Below are positions 10,184 through 21,460 of a stretch of DNA of 64,000 nt, in pieces. Location of the stretch: NCBI GenBank assembly GCA_938008535.1, contig CALLKF010000164.1, positions 10,202 to 74,201 of the forward strand, written 5' to 3'. Positions within the stretch are counted from its first letter, which is position 1, and the number at the start of each line of letters is the position of its first letter. This DNA is from an uncultured Saprospirales bacterium. GTDB taxonomy: Bacteria; Bacteroidota; Bacteroidia; Chitinophagales; JADIYW01. Both the position numbers and the translations under genes were made by a program. The notes below the pieces were generated by a model. That model searched no databases. It had not been told where the DNA came from and saw only the letters and a program-made list of their open reading frames with translations.

Positions 10184-10941
10184 TATCTATCTTTCCAAAA
10201 AGGATAACGCTGTTTGTGTTTTTCTAATTCATCTTTCGATAATGTAACAATTTCTATACCGTTTGTGTTTTCTAACAAAGAAAGTTGATTTCCTGCAAAA
10301 TCAAACACAGCACTGCAACCATCGTGTTCATGGTTGTAAAAATCATTTCCAATTCTATTTACACCAATCGTATAGCATTGATTTTCGATAGCACGTGCCT
10401 GCAATAAAATTTTCCAATGATGACTACGTTTCTTCGGCCAGTTGGCAACGTACAATTGAATATCTACATCGTCATTGTTCGCGCACCAAGCTGGAAAACG
10501 AATATCGTAACAAATAAATGGTTGGATTTTCCAACCTTTGTAATCAATTACTATTTTTTCATTTCCTTTGGTAAGATATTTATCTTCACCAACCAAACTA
10601 AATAAATGATGTTTATTGTAATGATGGATATTTTCATTCGGCTCAACAAATAAGAAACGATTAAAATATTGATTATTTTCTTTGAAAAGAATGCTACCAC
10701 AAATTGCACAGTTTTTTTCTTTTGCAAGATATTTCATCCAAGCAACAGTTTCGCCATTTATATCTTCTGCCAATGGAGTTTCATCAACACAAAATGCCGT
10801 GCTAAACATTTCTGGCAACACAATAATATCTGTTTTCTTTTCAATAGATGAAATGAGATTTTCTAATTTAGAAAGATTTGCCTTTTTATCTTTCCAGATT
10901 AAATCAGTTTGAACAAGTGCTATAGAAATTTCGTTTCGCAT
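10183..10941 (-). CDS. Carbon-nitrogen hydrolase family amidohydrolase (omega-amidase / YafV-like)
   Basis: IALVQTDLIWKDK...IIVLPEMF (catalytic Glu context), a conserved Lys region, and ICYDIRFP (catalytic Cys motif of the nitrilase superfamily). Confidence 0.8.
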   Translation of the reverse strand: MRNEISIALVQTDLIWKDKKANLSKLENLISSIEKKTDIIVLPEMFSTAFCVDETPLAEDINGETVAWMKYLAKEKNCAICGSILFKENNQYFNRFLFVEPNENIHHYNKHHLFSLVGEDKYLTKGNEKIVIDYKGWKIQPFICYDIRFPAWCANNDDVDIQLYVANWPKKRSHHWKILLQARAIENQCYTIGVNRIGNDFYNHEHDGCSAVFDFAGNQLSLLENTNGIEIVTLSKDELEKHKQRYPFWKDR

Positions 10942-10944
10942 TTC

Positions 10945-11391
10945 TTATTTTGATACTATATTTTCCAAATGATGCGTCAAATGTTGCACATAATCTTCTG
11001 CTATAAATAAAGTAGTGTTTTTAATAGCTGGATTAATATCAAAACTCATCAAAGCCTCATATTTGTCTGCTGGCATTTTTTCTAAGATAGCAATAATCTG
11101 TTTGTTTAGTAAATACCAAAGTTCAACTACATCTTTTTTTTCGCTGTTTTGATAATCATTCATTGCCACCCAATTATCTGGATGGTATCTGACATGAACA
11201 TTCTCTTCATACTGAACTCTAATAAATCGCTGTATATTATTTTGTGCAGAATCTATCAAATGTCCAAGTTCTTCTTGCTTACTCCATTTATTTAGTGCAG
11301 GTTTTTTTGAAAAATTTTCATCATTGGTTTCTTTTAATAATGCATAATATTTAGTAATAGCTGTTTCTAATTCTTGAATTATTTTTTTCAT
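10945..11391 (-). CDS. DinB family protein
   Basis: 148 aa with WSKQEELGHLIDSAQNN and HLTHHL His motifs typical of DinB-like metal-binding bundles. Confidence 0.55.
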   Translation of the reverse strand: MKKIIQELETAITKYYALLKETNDENFSKKPALNKWSKQEELGHLIDSAQNNIQRFIRVQYEENVHVRYHPDNWVAMNDYQNSEKKDVVELWYLLNKQIIAILEKMPADKYEALMSFDINPAIKNTTLFIAEDYVQHLTHHLENIVSK

Positions 11392-11410
11392 CAGTTTATT
11401 TTATAATTTC

Positions 11411-11424
11411 CAATGCATGCATTG
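11411..11424. promoter_or_regulatory. Perfect 14-bp palindrome CAATGCATGCATTG in a divergent promoter region
   Basis: Read directly from the sequence. It lies between the DinB gene start (11391, minus) and fadH (11467, plus), 13 nt upstream of a TATCTTTA -7-like box at 11437-11444. Confidence 0.4.
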
Positions 11425-11430
11425 TAATAA

Positions 11431-13497
<2,067 letters not shown>

Positions 13498-13624
13498 GTT
13501 TTTACAATTACTATTTCTGATTCCAAAGCCATAGGAAAACAGACAGAATATCTAATTTATTCAATCTTAAAAACTGTTAACCAATTCCAATAACTTCTAA
13601 CTTATTGTTATCTTTACCAATAAG

Positions 13625-15643
13625 ATGAATTTTGTTTTCCCATTCTTTCTGTTTGCACTTTTTGCGTTGGCGATTCCAATTATTATTCATCTTTTTTATT
13701 TCAGAAAATACAAAAAAGTTTATTTCTCAGATATTCGTTTCTTGAAACAAGTTCAAGAAGAAAAATCAACTATTGATAAATTGAAGAAACGCTTGATTTT
13801 AGCAACACGATTATTGGCGTTGTTATTCTTAATTTTGGCATTCGCGCAACCATTCATCGGTTCTAATAAAAATAAACTCAATCAAGGCAATGCTGCAGTT
13901 TGCGTTTACATTGATAATTCTTATTCGATGGGTTTGAAAAAAAGTGGCGAAGCTGGCTTGTCTATTGCAAAAACAAAAGCGAAAGAAATTGCAAACGCAT
14001 TTAATACTGGTGATAAATTTTCGTTATTGACAAATGATTTGGAAGGCACGCATCAGCGTTGGATGCAAAAACAAGATTTTTTAGATGCGATTGAAAAAAT
14101 AGAATTGTCACCAAATATTAAAACAATTGACGAGATTTCTAAAAAAGAAGCAACACTTTTTCAATCGTTAAATGTTAAAAATAAATTAGGATTCTTTATT
14201 TCGGATTTCCAAAAAAACATGCTCACTAAAAGCGAAGACACCACATTTATAGCTCATTTTTTAAATATACAAAGTGAAGCAAAAAAAAATTTATTTGTAG
14301 ATTCTTGTTGGTTCGAACAACCTTTATTTACTATGAATACCAATAATAAACTATTGGTTAGAGTAAAAAATGCAGGTAATACCATTGCTGAAAAAATTCG
14401 TGTTTCTGTTAAAATAAATGGCATTGTAAAAGCAATTGATGATATAACTATTGAACCGGAAAATTCTGTTATCGATTCATTCAATATTACATCAACGCAA
14501 GCTGGTTGGCAAAAAGCAGAAATCACTTTTAACGATTATCCAATTACATTTGATGATCATTTTTATTTTGCTTATAAAGTTGCACAAACCGAAGAAATAT
14601 TATCGATTGATGATACCGAAACACCCAATAATATTGCATCCATTTTTACAAATGATGCACATTTTAGTTTTGATAAAATCAATAAAGGCCAACTCGATTA
14701 TTCATCTTTTAAGAATTATTCGCTCATTATTTTAAATCAATTAACAGAAATAAGTTTAGGAATTGCATCGTCATTAAAAGAATATATTGATAATGGCGGA
14801 AACGTATATATTATTCCAAGTGTGAATGCAGATGTCAATTCTTATAACTCTTTTTTATCCAATAATAATGCTGGAAGTTTTGGTGCGCTGCAAGTAAAAT
14901 ATGGTGAAGTCACCAAAATAAATTTACAAGAAGAATTATTTAAATCGGTGTTTAATAATGTTCCCAAAAATGTGGAAACGCCAAAAATAAAAAAACTATA
15001 TCCAATTTTATCAAATACAAATAATAACGAACGCGAAATTTTATCAACGAATATTGGTTCGCCATTGGTTGCCAAATTTGATGCTGGAAATGGTTTTGTG
15101 TATGTGCAAGCGGTACCGTTAAGTGCTGATTTTTCTGACATTCAAGCTAATGCTATTTTTGTTCCGATGGTGTATAACAGTGCAGTTTATAAAAAAAATA
15201 AACAAGCATTATATTACACCATTGGAAAAGATAATTTGATAGAATTGAAAAACTCAAACACGAACGGTGAAAGTGTGTATAAATTATCGAATGGCAAAAA
15301 TGAATTTATTCCTGAAAATCGTTCGGTTGGAAACAGTGTGTTGTTGCGTGTAAATAATACATTGGAAAGCGATGGACATTACACTATAAACTCAAATAAC
15401 ACGGAACTCGGCATCGCAGCATTTAATTTTGACAGAACCGAATCTAACTTAAAATTTGCATCAAATGACGAAATCGCAACCACATTTAACAAAAAAAATC
15501 AATTGATTCTAGACAATACAAAAGCAAATTTATCAGCAGCAATAAAACAAATAAAAGATGGCGTTTTACTTTGGAAAATTTGCGTAATTTTGTCCTTATT
15601 GTTTTTGTTGATTGAAATACTGTTGATACGATTTTGGAAATAA
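13625..15643 (+). CDS. BatA-domain (aerotolerance N-terminal double-TM) membrane protein
   Basis: N-terminus FPFFLFALFALAIPIIIHLF..RK matches the BatA N-terminal double-TM signature. A large extracytoplasmic region follows, with a C-terminal TM helix. Confidence 0.6.
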   Translation: MNFVFPFFLFALFALAIPIIIHLFYFRKYKKVYFSDIRFLKQVQEEKSTIDKLKKRLILATRLLALLFLILAFAQPFIGSNKNKLNQGNAAVCVYIDNSYSMGLKKSGEAGLSIAKTKAKEIANAFNTGDKFSLLTNDLEGTHQRWMQKQDFLDAIEKIELSPNIKTIDEISKKEATLFQSLNVKNKLGFFISDFQKNMLTKSEDTTFIAHFLNIQSEAKKNLFVDSCWFEQPLFTMNTNNKLLVRVKNAGNTIAEKIRVSVKINGIVKAIDDITIEPENSVIDSFNITSTQAGWQKAEITFNDYPITFDDHFYFAYKVAQTEEILSIDDTETPNNIASIFTNDAHFSFDKINKGQLDYSSFKNYSLIILNQLTEISLGIASSLKEYIDNGGNVYIIPSVNADVNSYNSFLSNNNAGSFGALQVKYGEVTKINLQEELFKSVFNNVPKNVETPKIKKLYPILSNTNNNEREILSTNIGSPLVAKFDAGNGFVYVQAVPLSADFSDIQANAIFVPMVYNSAVYKKNKQALYYTIGKDNLIELKNSNTNGESVYKLSNGKNEFIPENRSVGNSVLLRVNNTLESDGHYTINSNNTELGIAAFNFDRTESNLKFASNDEIATTFNKKNQLILDNTKANLSAAIKQIKDGVLLWKICVILSLLFLLIEILLIRFWK

Positions 15644-15652
15644 AATATAACC

Positions 15653-16906
15653 ATGAAATACCTTATTAAAAATTCTACTCTTTTAAATCCTGATTCTGAA
15701 TTGATGAATGGTCAAAAGATAGACTGGTTGATTGAAGATGGTATCATGACATCTGTAACTGAAAACTCATCATTAGCTGATGCAGAAATTTTTGATGCGG
15801 CAAATTGCTACTTAGCTGCTGGTTTTTGCGATCTATCTGTCAACATAAATGATCCAGGTTTTGAATATCGTGAAGATATTGAATCTGTCTCTAAGGCAGC
15901 AATTGCTGGTGGTTTCACTACAATTTGCGCGGTTGCCAACAATCATCCAATTACGCAAACCAAAGCGCAAGTAGAATACGTTCTCAATAATGCAAAAAAT
16001 ACTGTGATAACTATTTTACCAATTGGTGCAGTTACTGAAAATTTTGACGGCAAAACACCAACCGAAATGTATGATATGCATCATGCTGGTGCTATTGCTT
16101 TTTCAGATGTGCCGCACAGTATAAAAGACAGCGGTGTTTTGTTGCGTGCATTGCAATATGTGCAACCGTTTGATGGCTTGATTATTGCATTGCCATTTGA
16201 TAAAACATTGGTTGGCGATGGACAAGTAAATGAAAGCGAAGTTTCTGTAAAAATGGGTGTGAAAGGCATCACTAATTTATCTGAATTTTCAGTTGTACAA
16301 CGTGATATTGAATTACTAAAATACGCTGGAGGAAAATTGCATATTGTTGGAATTTCCACAAAAGAAAGTGTAGATTTAATTAGAAAAGCGAAAGCAGAAA
16401 AATTAAACATTACTTGTTCGGTTTTTGTGCATCATTTAATTAGCAATGAAAATGATGTGAAAAATTTTGATTCAAACTATAAAGTATTTCCACCATTGAG
16501 AACGCTGGAAGACCAACAATCATTGATAGATGCTCTGAAAGATGGAACAATAGATTGTATTTCCACTCAACATACACCATTAAATATCGACGAAAAAAAT
16601 GTGGAATTTGAAATTGCTGATTTCGGAATGATTGGTTTGCAAACTGCGTTTGGTTTATTAAATAAAAAATTAGAAAACGAAATTTCTAAAGAAAAACTAA
16701 TCGAATTATTATCAAACAATCCGAGAAAAATAATCAATCAATCAAATCAAAGTTCTGAGTTTATCATTTTGAATTTTGACGAAGAATATATTTACACAGA
16801 AAAAGACAATCTTTCCAAATCAAAAAATTCTCCATACTTTAACCAATCATTAAAAGGAAAAGTGAAAGCCGTTTTTGCAAAAGGAAAATTAATTATAAAC
16901 AACTAA
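15653..16906 (+). CDS. Dihydroorotase-like amidohydrolase-fold protein, predicted catalytically inactive
   Basis: Collinear with class I dihydroorotases over the full length (YLIKN..., GGFTT, ISTKESV, YKV.PPLR, DGTID). The HxH metal motif reads DLSVNIN and the TDHAP Asp motif reads STQHTP. Confidence 0.75.
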   Translation: MKYLIKNSTLLNPDSELMNGQKIDWLIEDGIMTSVTENSSLADAEIFDAANCYLAAGFCDLSVNINDPGFEYREDIESVSKAAIAGGFTTICAVANNHPITQTKAQVEYVLNNAKNTVITILPIGAVTENFDGKTPTEMYDMHHAGAIAFSDVPHSIKDSGVLLRALQYVQPFDGLIIALPFDKTLVGDGQVNESEVSVKMGVKGITNLSEFSVVQRDIELLKYAGGKLHIVGISTKESVDLIRKAKAEKLNITCSVFVHHLISNENDVKNFDSNYKVFPPLRTLEDQQSLIDALKDGTIDCISTQHTPLNIDEKNVEFEIADFGMIGLQTAFGLLNKKLENEISKEKLIELLSNNPRKIINQSNQSSEFIILNFDEEYIYTEKDNLSKSKNSPYFNQSLKGKVKAVFAKGKLIINN

Positions 16907-17341
16907 ATGAGCAACGAACAACCAACAGAAACAAATCCGCGTGGTGCATTAAGTGGCATTTTAATTACATTAATAGCAGCACTTGTATCTACCTTGTTTT
17001 TTGCATCTTTTTTCACCTTAGCATACATCAAACACATGCCTTACGGCAGACCGCAAGCTATGATTTTACAGGTAACAGCCATCGCATTTGCGGTAGTGCT
17101 TACTCTCTATTTATCTAGAAAAGTACAAGGCGACAAATTGAGTTACATGCAAGGTTTTTTAGGTGGCTGGATGACGAGTTTAGTATTAGCGTTGTTCGTT
17201 TCATCTTTCTACTCTATTTTTTCATCTATCACCAAAACACCAACGATGCCAACTGGTGGATTCGCTATGATTGTGATGTTATATAGCGCAATCGGCATGT
17301 TATTTTCGCTAGTATCAGCAATTATCTTTAAAAAAGATTAA
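16907..17341 (+). CDS. Small polytopic membrane protein (DUF4199-like)
   Basis: 144 aa with about four hydrophobic helices. Its start abuts the upstream stop. Confidence 0.5.
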   Translation: MSNEQPTETNPRGALSGILITLIAALVSTLFFASFFTLAYIKHMPYGRPQAMILQVTAIAFAVVLTLYLSRKVQGDKLSYMQGFLGGWMTSLVLALFVSSFYSIFSSITKTPTMPTGGFAMIVMLYSAIGMLFSLVSAIIFKKD

Positions 17342-17400
17342 TTTCTTTTTTCTCAGAATAAATAAAGTTATTTTTGCAGTCGTAAATCGTATATCACAAA

Positions 17401-18342
17401 TTGAACATCAGTATAGTCATACCACTATTTAACGAAGAAGAATCGTTGCCAGAATTATTTACTTGGATTGAAAAAGTGATGACGGAAAATAATTTTACAT
17501 ATGAAGTCATTGCAGTTGATGATGGCAGCAAAGACACTTCGTGGAAAGTGATTAAAGATTTTTCGCAGAAAAATCCAAATATAAAAGGCATACATTTTCA
17601 ACGCAACTATGGAAAATCTGCAGCGTTGCAAGTTGGTTTCGAAACAGTACAAGGCGATGTAGTGATTACCATGGATGCTGATTTGCAAGATTCGCCAGAT
17701 GAAATTCCTGATTTATATAAAATGATTTCAGTTGATGGCTTTGATTTGGTTTCTGGCTGGAAGAAAAAACGCTACGATCCACTTTCAAAAACTATTCCAA
17801 CCAAGTTATTTAATTTTGCAACTCGCAAAGTTTCTGACATAAACAATCTGCATGATTTTAATTGTGGTTTGAAAGCTTATAAAAAAGAAGTGGTAAAAAA
17901 TATTGAAGTGTATGGTGAAATGCATCGTTATATTCCTGTAATTGCAAAATGGAGTGGCTACGATAAAATCACTGAAAAAGCAGTGCAACATCAGGAACGA
18001 AAATACGGAAAAACAAAATTTGGATTAGAGCGATTTGTAAATGGTTTTTTAGATTTAATGAGCATCACTTTTGTCGGAAGATTTGGCAAAAGACCTATGC
18101 ATTTATTTGGTACACTCGGTATCCTTTCCTTTTTATTAGGCGTTTTTATTCTCATTTATTTAACGATTACAAAAACAGTTTTTGGCGTTGTAGGTATGAC
18201 AAACAGACCTATTTTTTACCTTGGAATTCTAACCATTATTGTTGGTGCTCAACTTTTTGTAGCTGGCTTTTTAGGCGAACTCATCGCAAGAAATGGTGCT
18301 GACAGAAACCATTATAATATTGGCGAAAAGGTCGGATTTTAA
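17401..18342 (+). CDS. Family 2 glycosyltransferase (polyprenyl-phosphate sugar synthase-like)
   Basis: ISIVIPLFNEEESL, AVDDGSKD and DADLQD (DxD) motifs, plus two C-terminal TM helices. The apparent start is TTG at 17401. Confidence 0.85.
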   Translation: MNISIVIPLFNEEESLPELFTWIEKVMTENNFTYEVIAVDDGSKDTSWKVIKDFSQKNPNIKGIHFQRNYGKSAALQVGFETVQGDVVITMDADLQDSPDEIPDLYKMISVDGFDLVSGWKKKRYDPLSKTIPTKLFNFATRKVSDINNLHDFNCGLKAYKKEVVKNIEVYGEMHRYIPVIAKWSGYDKITEKAVQHQERKYGKTKFGLERFVNGFLDLMSITFVGRFGKRPMHLFGTLGILSFLLGVFILIYLTITKTVFGVVGMTNRPIFYLGILTIIVGAQLFVAGFLGELIARNGADRNHYNIGEKVGF

Positions 18343-18469
18343 GTTAATTATTATCTTTATAAACTATAACCTATACTGCATATCATTTTGATTTGTTTAG
18401 TTTAATCACTAATTTAACAGTGCGTTTCTCAAATGTAGCAATTCATAGAAATTGAATTAAAATAATAAA

Positions 18470-19246
18470 ATGTATAATTTAACACAAGAATACGACAAAT
18501 ACACCAAAGAAGATTTTTTAGTATGGAAGTTATTGTATCAGCGACAAAGTGTGTTACTCCAAAACATGGCGTCGAAGGAGTTTATTCACGGAATGGAAGA
18601 AATGCATTTTAATGCAGATAAAATTCCAGATTTTAATCACGTAAATAAAGTATTGGCAAATACTACAGGCTGGCAAATTGAAGTAGTACCTGGTTTAATT
18701 CCAGATAAAGATTTTTTTGAATTGTTAGCTAATAAAAAGTTTCCATCTTCTACTTGGTTGCGTAAATTAGAGAACTTAGATTATTTAGAAGAACCTGATA
18801 TGTTTCATGATTGTTTTGCGCACATGCCATTATTAAGCGAACAATTTTTTGTAGATTATTTGCAAGAGATTTCCAAAATAGCATTAAAACATATTGATGA
18901 TGCATTAGCTATAGAATTGATTGGTCGAGTGTATTGGTTTACAGTAGAATTTGGTTTGATACAACAGGAAAATGGCATGCGTATTTATGGAGCAGGCATT
19001 TTATCTTCAAGTGGTGAAAGTATTTTTAGTGTTGGTGATAAATCCAATCGATTGCCGTTTAATGTGAAGGACATGATGGAAAAGCATTACTATAAAGATC
19101 ATTTCCAGGACAGATATTATGTGATTAATAGTTACAAAGAATTATTTGATGCGATTCCGGAAATTGAAAGTTTATTAGAACACGCATTAAAATCAATACC
19201 ACACGAAAAAAATATTTATGCAACACCATTGGATATAAATTTGTAG
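18470..19246 (+). CDS. phhA: Phenylalanine 4-hydroxylase (aromatic amino acid hydroxylase)
   Basis: EPDMFHDCFAHMPLL (iron His ligands) and YWFTVEFGL motifs. 258 aa, bacterial short form. Confidence 0.85.
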   Translation: MYNLTQEYDKYTKEDFLVWKLLYQRQSVLLQNMASKEFIHGMEEMHFNADKIPDFNHVNKVLANTTGWQIEVVPGLIPDKDFFELLANKKFPSSTWLRKLENLDYLEEPDMFHDCFAHMPLLSEQFFVDYLQEISKIALKHIDDALAIELIGRVYWFTVEFGLIQQENGMRIYGAGILSSSGESIFSVGDKSNRLPFNVKDMMEKHYYKDHFQDRYYVINSYKELFDAIPEIESLLEHALKSIPHEKNIYATPLDINL

Positions 19247-19253
19247 AAATAGC

Positions 19254-19346
19254 ATCACAGAGAACTCTAAGAACACACAAAGTTTTACAGAGTTTTTTAT
19301 AAAAACGCTGTTATCTCTGTGATTTTCTCTGAGTAACTCAGTGATA
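19254..19346. repeat. Palindromic intergenic repeat, copy A (CACAGAGA...ACGCTGT...TCTCTGTG class)
   Basis: ATCACAGAGA (19254-63) is the exact reverse complement of TCTCTGTGAT (19314-23). An internal palindrome CTGAGTAACTCAG sits at 19329-41. It shares TTTTATAAAAA..ACGCTGT and CTCAGTGA/TCTGTGAT words with copy B. Confidence 0.6.
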
Positions 19347-19363
19347 CCAAAAAGATACAGTAA

Positions 19364-19519
19364 ATGAAAAAGCAAACACTCAAACAAATAAAATCAAGTG
19401 TAAGAAAGAAGCAAATTAAAGATGGTTTTTTTGATGGAAGATTTGCACCTAAAACACAACCTAATAAAAAGAAAGTGCAGAATAAAAGACAATGTCGGTT
19501 AAAAATTTCACTTGAATAA
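19364..19519 (+). CDS. Hypothetical 51-aa highly basic protein (below the ORF-track cutoff)
   Basis: My translation is MKKQTLKQIKSSVRKKQIKDGFFDGRFAPKTQPNKKKVQNKRQCRLKISLE. ATG to TAA, sitting exactly between the two repeat copies. No recognised family or promoter box. Confidence 0.25.
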   Translation: MKKQTLKQIKSSVRKKQIKDGFFDGRFAPKTQPNKKKVQNKRQCRLKISLE

Positions 19520-19550
19520 AAAATAATATCATAGCATGCTCGAAGGAAAA

Positions 19551-19624
19551 CACAGAGAAAATAAATAATTTTATAAAAATAAAAACGCTGTGGCCTCAGT
19601 GAAAACTCAGAGTTTTCTGTGATA
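19551..19624. repeat. Palindromic intergenic repeat, copy B
   Basis: CACAGAGAAAA (19551-61) pairs imperfectly with TTTTCTGTG (19613-21). Contains TTTTATAAAAATAAAAACGCTGTGG and CTCAGTGAAAACTCAGAGTTTTCTGTGATA. Confidence 0.6.
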
Positions 19625-19641
19625 AAAAAATAAAACGAAAA

Positions 19642-20505
19642 ATGAAAACAATCATACCCAAAGAAACAGGTTTAAAAGAAATATCTAATTTTTTTACATC
19701 GGCAATTGTACCGCGACCAGTTGCCTTTGTGAGTACGATAGATGAAAACGGAACACCGAATTTGAGTCCGTTTTCTTTCTTTAATATTTTTAGTTCCAAT
19801 CCACCAATTCTTATTTTTTCACCAGCAAAAAGTGCATTAACTGGCAAACAAAAAGATACTTACTATAATGTAAAAACCAATGCAGAATGCGTGATTCACA
19901 TAGCAAACTATGCTATGGTAGAACAATTATCAGTAACCAGCGGTGCTTATCCATCTGGTGTAAATGAGTTTATAAAAGGTGGTTTTACGGAAGAAAAATC
20001 TACTTTAGTAAAACCACCACGTATAAAAGAAGCGCCTATTGCATTTGAGTGCAAAGTGAATCAAATTATAGAATTAGGTGACACAGGTGGTTCTGGAAAT
20101 TTAGTGATTTGCAAAATTGTACTGATTCACGTAGATGAAAATTTATTAGATGCTAACGGAAATGTGATTGCAGAAAAACTAGATCCTATTGCACGTTTAG
20201 GTTATAACAATTATGTGCGATTCACGAAAGACGATATTTTTGAAACGCCAAAACCATTGAAAGCCTTTGGCGTTGGCGTTGATGCCATTCCACAATGGAT
20301 AAGAGAGGAAAAAATTTTAGATGGAAATGAATTAGGAAAATTAGCCAGCATTGCAGAAATTCCAAACAAAGAAGAAATTAAAGACGATAGCGAATTAGTA
20401 GAATTAATTTCCGATTATAAAGATCAAAGCATCAACGAGCTCAAAAGATTATTGAGTGAAAATAAAATTAAAGAAGCTTGGTTGGTGTTGTTGAATGTGA
20501 AGTGA
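19642..20505 (+). CDS. Flavin reductase-like (FMN-binding split-barrel) domain protein with a C-terminal extension
   Basis: The N-terminal 200 aa show the PRPVAFVST...GTPNLSPFSFFN pattern of the flavin reductase-like domain. Confidence 0.65.
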   Translation: MKTIIPKETGLKEISNFFTSAIVPRPVAFVSTIDENGTPNLSPFSFFNIFSSNPPILIFSPAKSALTGKQKDTYYNVKTNAECVIHIANYAMVEQLSVTSGAYPSGVNEFIKGGFTEEKSTLVKPPRIKEAPIAFECKVNQIIELGDTGGSGNLVICKIVLIHVDENLLDANGNVIAEKLDPIARLGYNNYVRFTKDDIFETPKPLKAFGVGVDAIPQWIREEKILDGNELGKLASIAEIPNKEEIKDDSELVELISDYKDQSINELKRLLSENKIKEAWLVLLNVK

Positions 20506-20538
20506 AAATATTTCAATTTTTTATTTTAACTTTAATAC

Positions 20539-20766
20539 ATGGAACAATTAGTAATAGATATTGAATCTAATGATGATGCACAATTAATAAAAGAACTGCT
20601 TAAACGATTTAAAAAAGTAGAAGTGAAAAGTTTTGCTTCTGATATTAATGAAAAAGAAATGCAGTTTAGAATACAACAAGGTATTAAAGATGCAGATTTT
20701 GGAAATGTGAAAGATTGGAATACAGTAAAGACAGAATTGGCAACTAAAATTGTACAATATAAATAA
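20539..20766 (+). CDS. Putative antitoxin partner of the downstream ParE-like toxin
   Basis: 75-aa acidic ORF. Its TAA is immediately followed by the toxin ATG (20767). No recognised antitoxin fold motif. Confidence 0.5.
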   Translation: MEQLVIDIESNDDAQLIKELLKRFKKVEVKSFASDINEKEMQFRIQQGIKDADFGNVKDWNTVKTELATKIVQYK

Positions 20767-21078
20767 ATGTTTAAAATTATAGTTACTGAAAATACGGAAC
20801 AATCATTAAATGAAATTATTGATTTCTATTTTACAGAACACACCATAGACAGAACACAAAAAGTATTAGATAGTATAGATGAAGCATTTATAAAAATTGC
20901 GAAATCACCTTTTCATTTTCCAATATGTTTTGATGTCAGAGCACCACAGGAAAATATTCGACAATTTATTTTACACGATACTTTTAAAATTATCTATAGA
21001 ATTCAACCTGATAGAATTGAGATAATTGAAATTTTTCATGGAAGAAGAAATCCTGAAATTATAAAAGAAGTTGATTAA
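20767..21078 (+). CDS. Type II toxin, RelE/ParE superfamily (ParE-like)
   Basis: 103 aa. The layout (N-terminal helices, then IIYRIQPDRIEIIEIFHGRRNP at the C-terminus) is the typical ParE/plasmid-stabilisation signature. Confidence 0.75.
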   Translation: MFKIIVTENTEQSLNEIIDFYFTEHTIDRTQKVLDSIDEAFIKIAKSPFHFPICFDVRAPQENIRQFILHDTFKIIYRIQPDRIEIIEIFHGRRNPEIIKEVD

Positions 21079-21079
21079 G

Positions 21080-21460
21080 TTATTTCATCACTACATACAT
21101 TTGCCACGCGCCAAATCCAACACACCAGATATTGATAAATGCATTTAGGATGCCATCGATAATGCCAACATTATACATTCCATTTAAAATGTTGAAACTA
21201 AAATCACACAAACCTAAAAACAGCATCGCACCAGCAGCCACTAAGGTGTAATCTTTCCATTTAATATTGTTTCTATTGAAGTAAGCTATCAATAAAACAA
21301 TACATAAAAAACTATCAGGCAACGGAAAGCTATGTTCGAACTTACTATAATAGCTTGGATAATTTGGATTCTCAAAACCAAAAGTAAAAAACGCTGTCCA
21401 GAATAAAATTAATCCAATAGCAGTTAACAGTTGTAGAGTATAGGTTGTTTTGAATTGCAT
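21080..21460 (-). CDS. Small four-TM membrane protein, unknown function
   Basis: 126 aa and hydrophobic. Its start abuts the stop of the SDR gene, so they are probably in one operon. Confidence 0.45.
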   Translation of the reverse strand: MQFKTTYTLQLLTAIGLILFWTAFFTFGFENPNYPSYYSKFEHSFPLPDSFLCIVLLIAYFNRNNIKWKDYTLVAAGAMLFLGLCDFSFNILNGMYNVGIIDGILNAFINIWCVGFGAWQMYVVMK

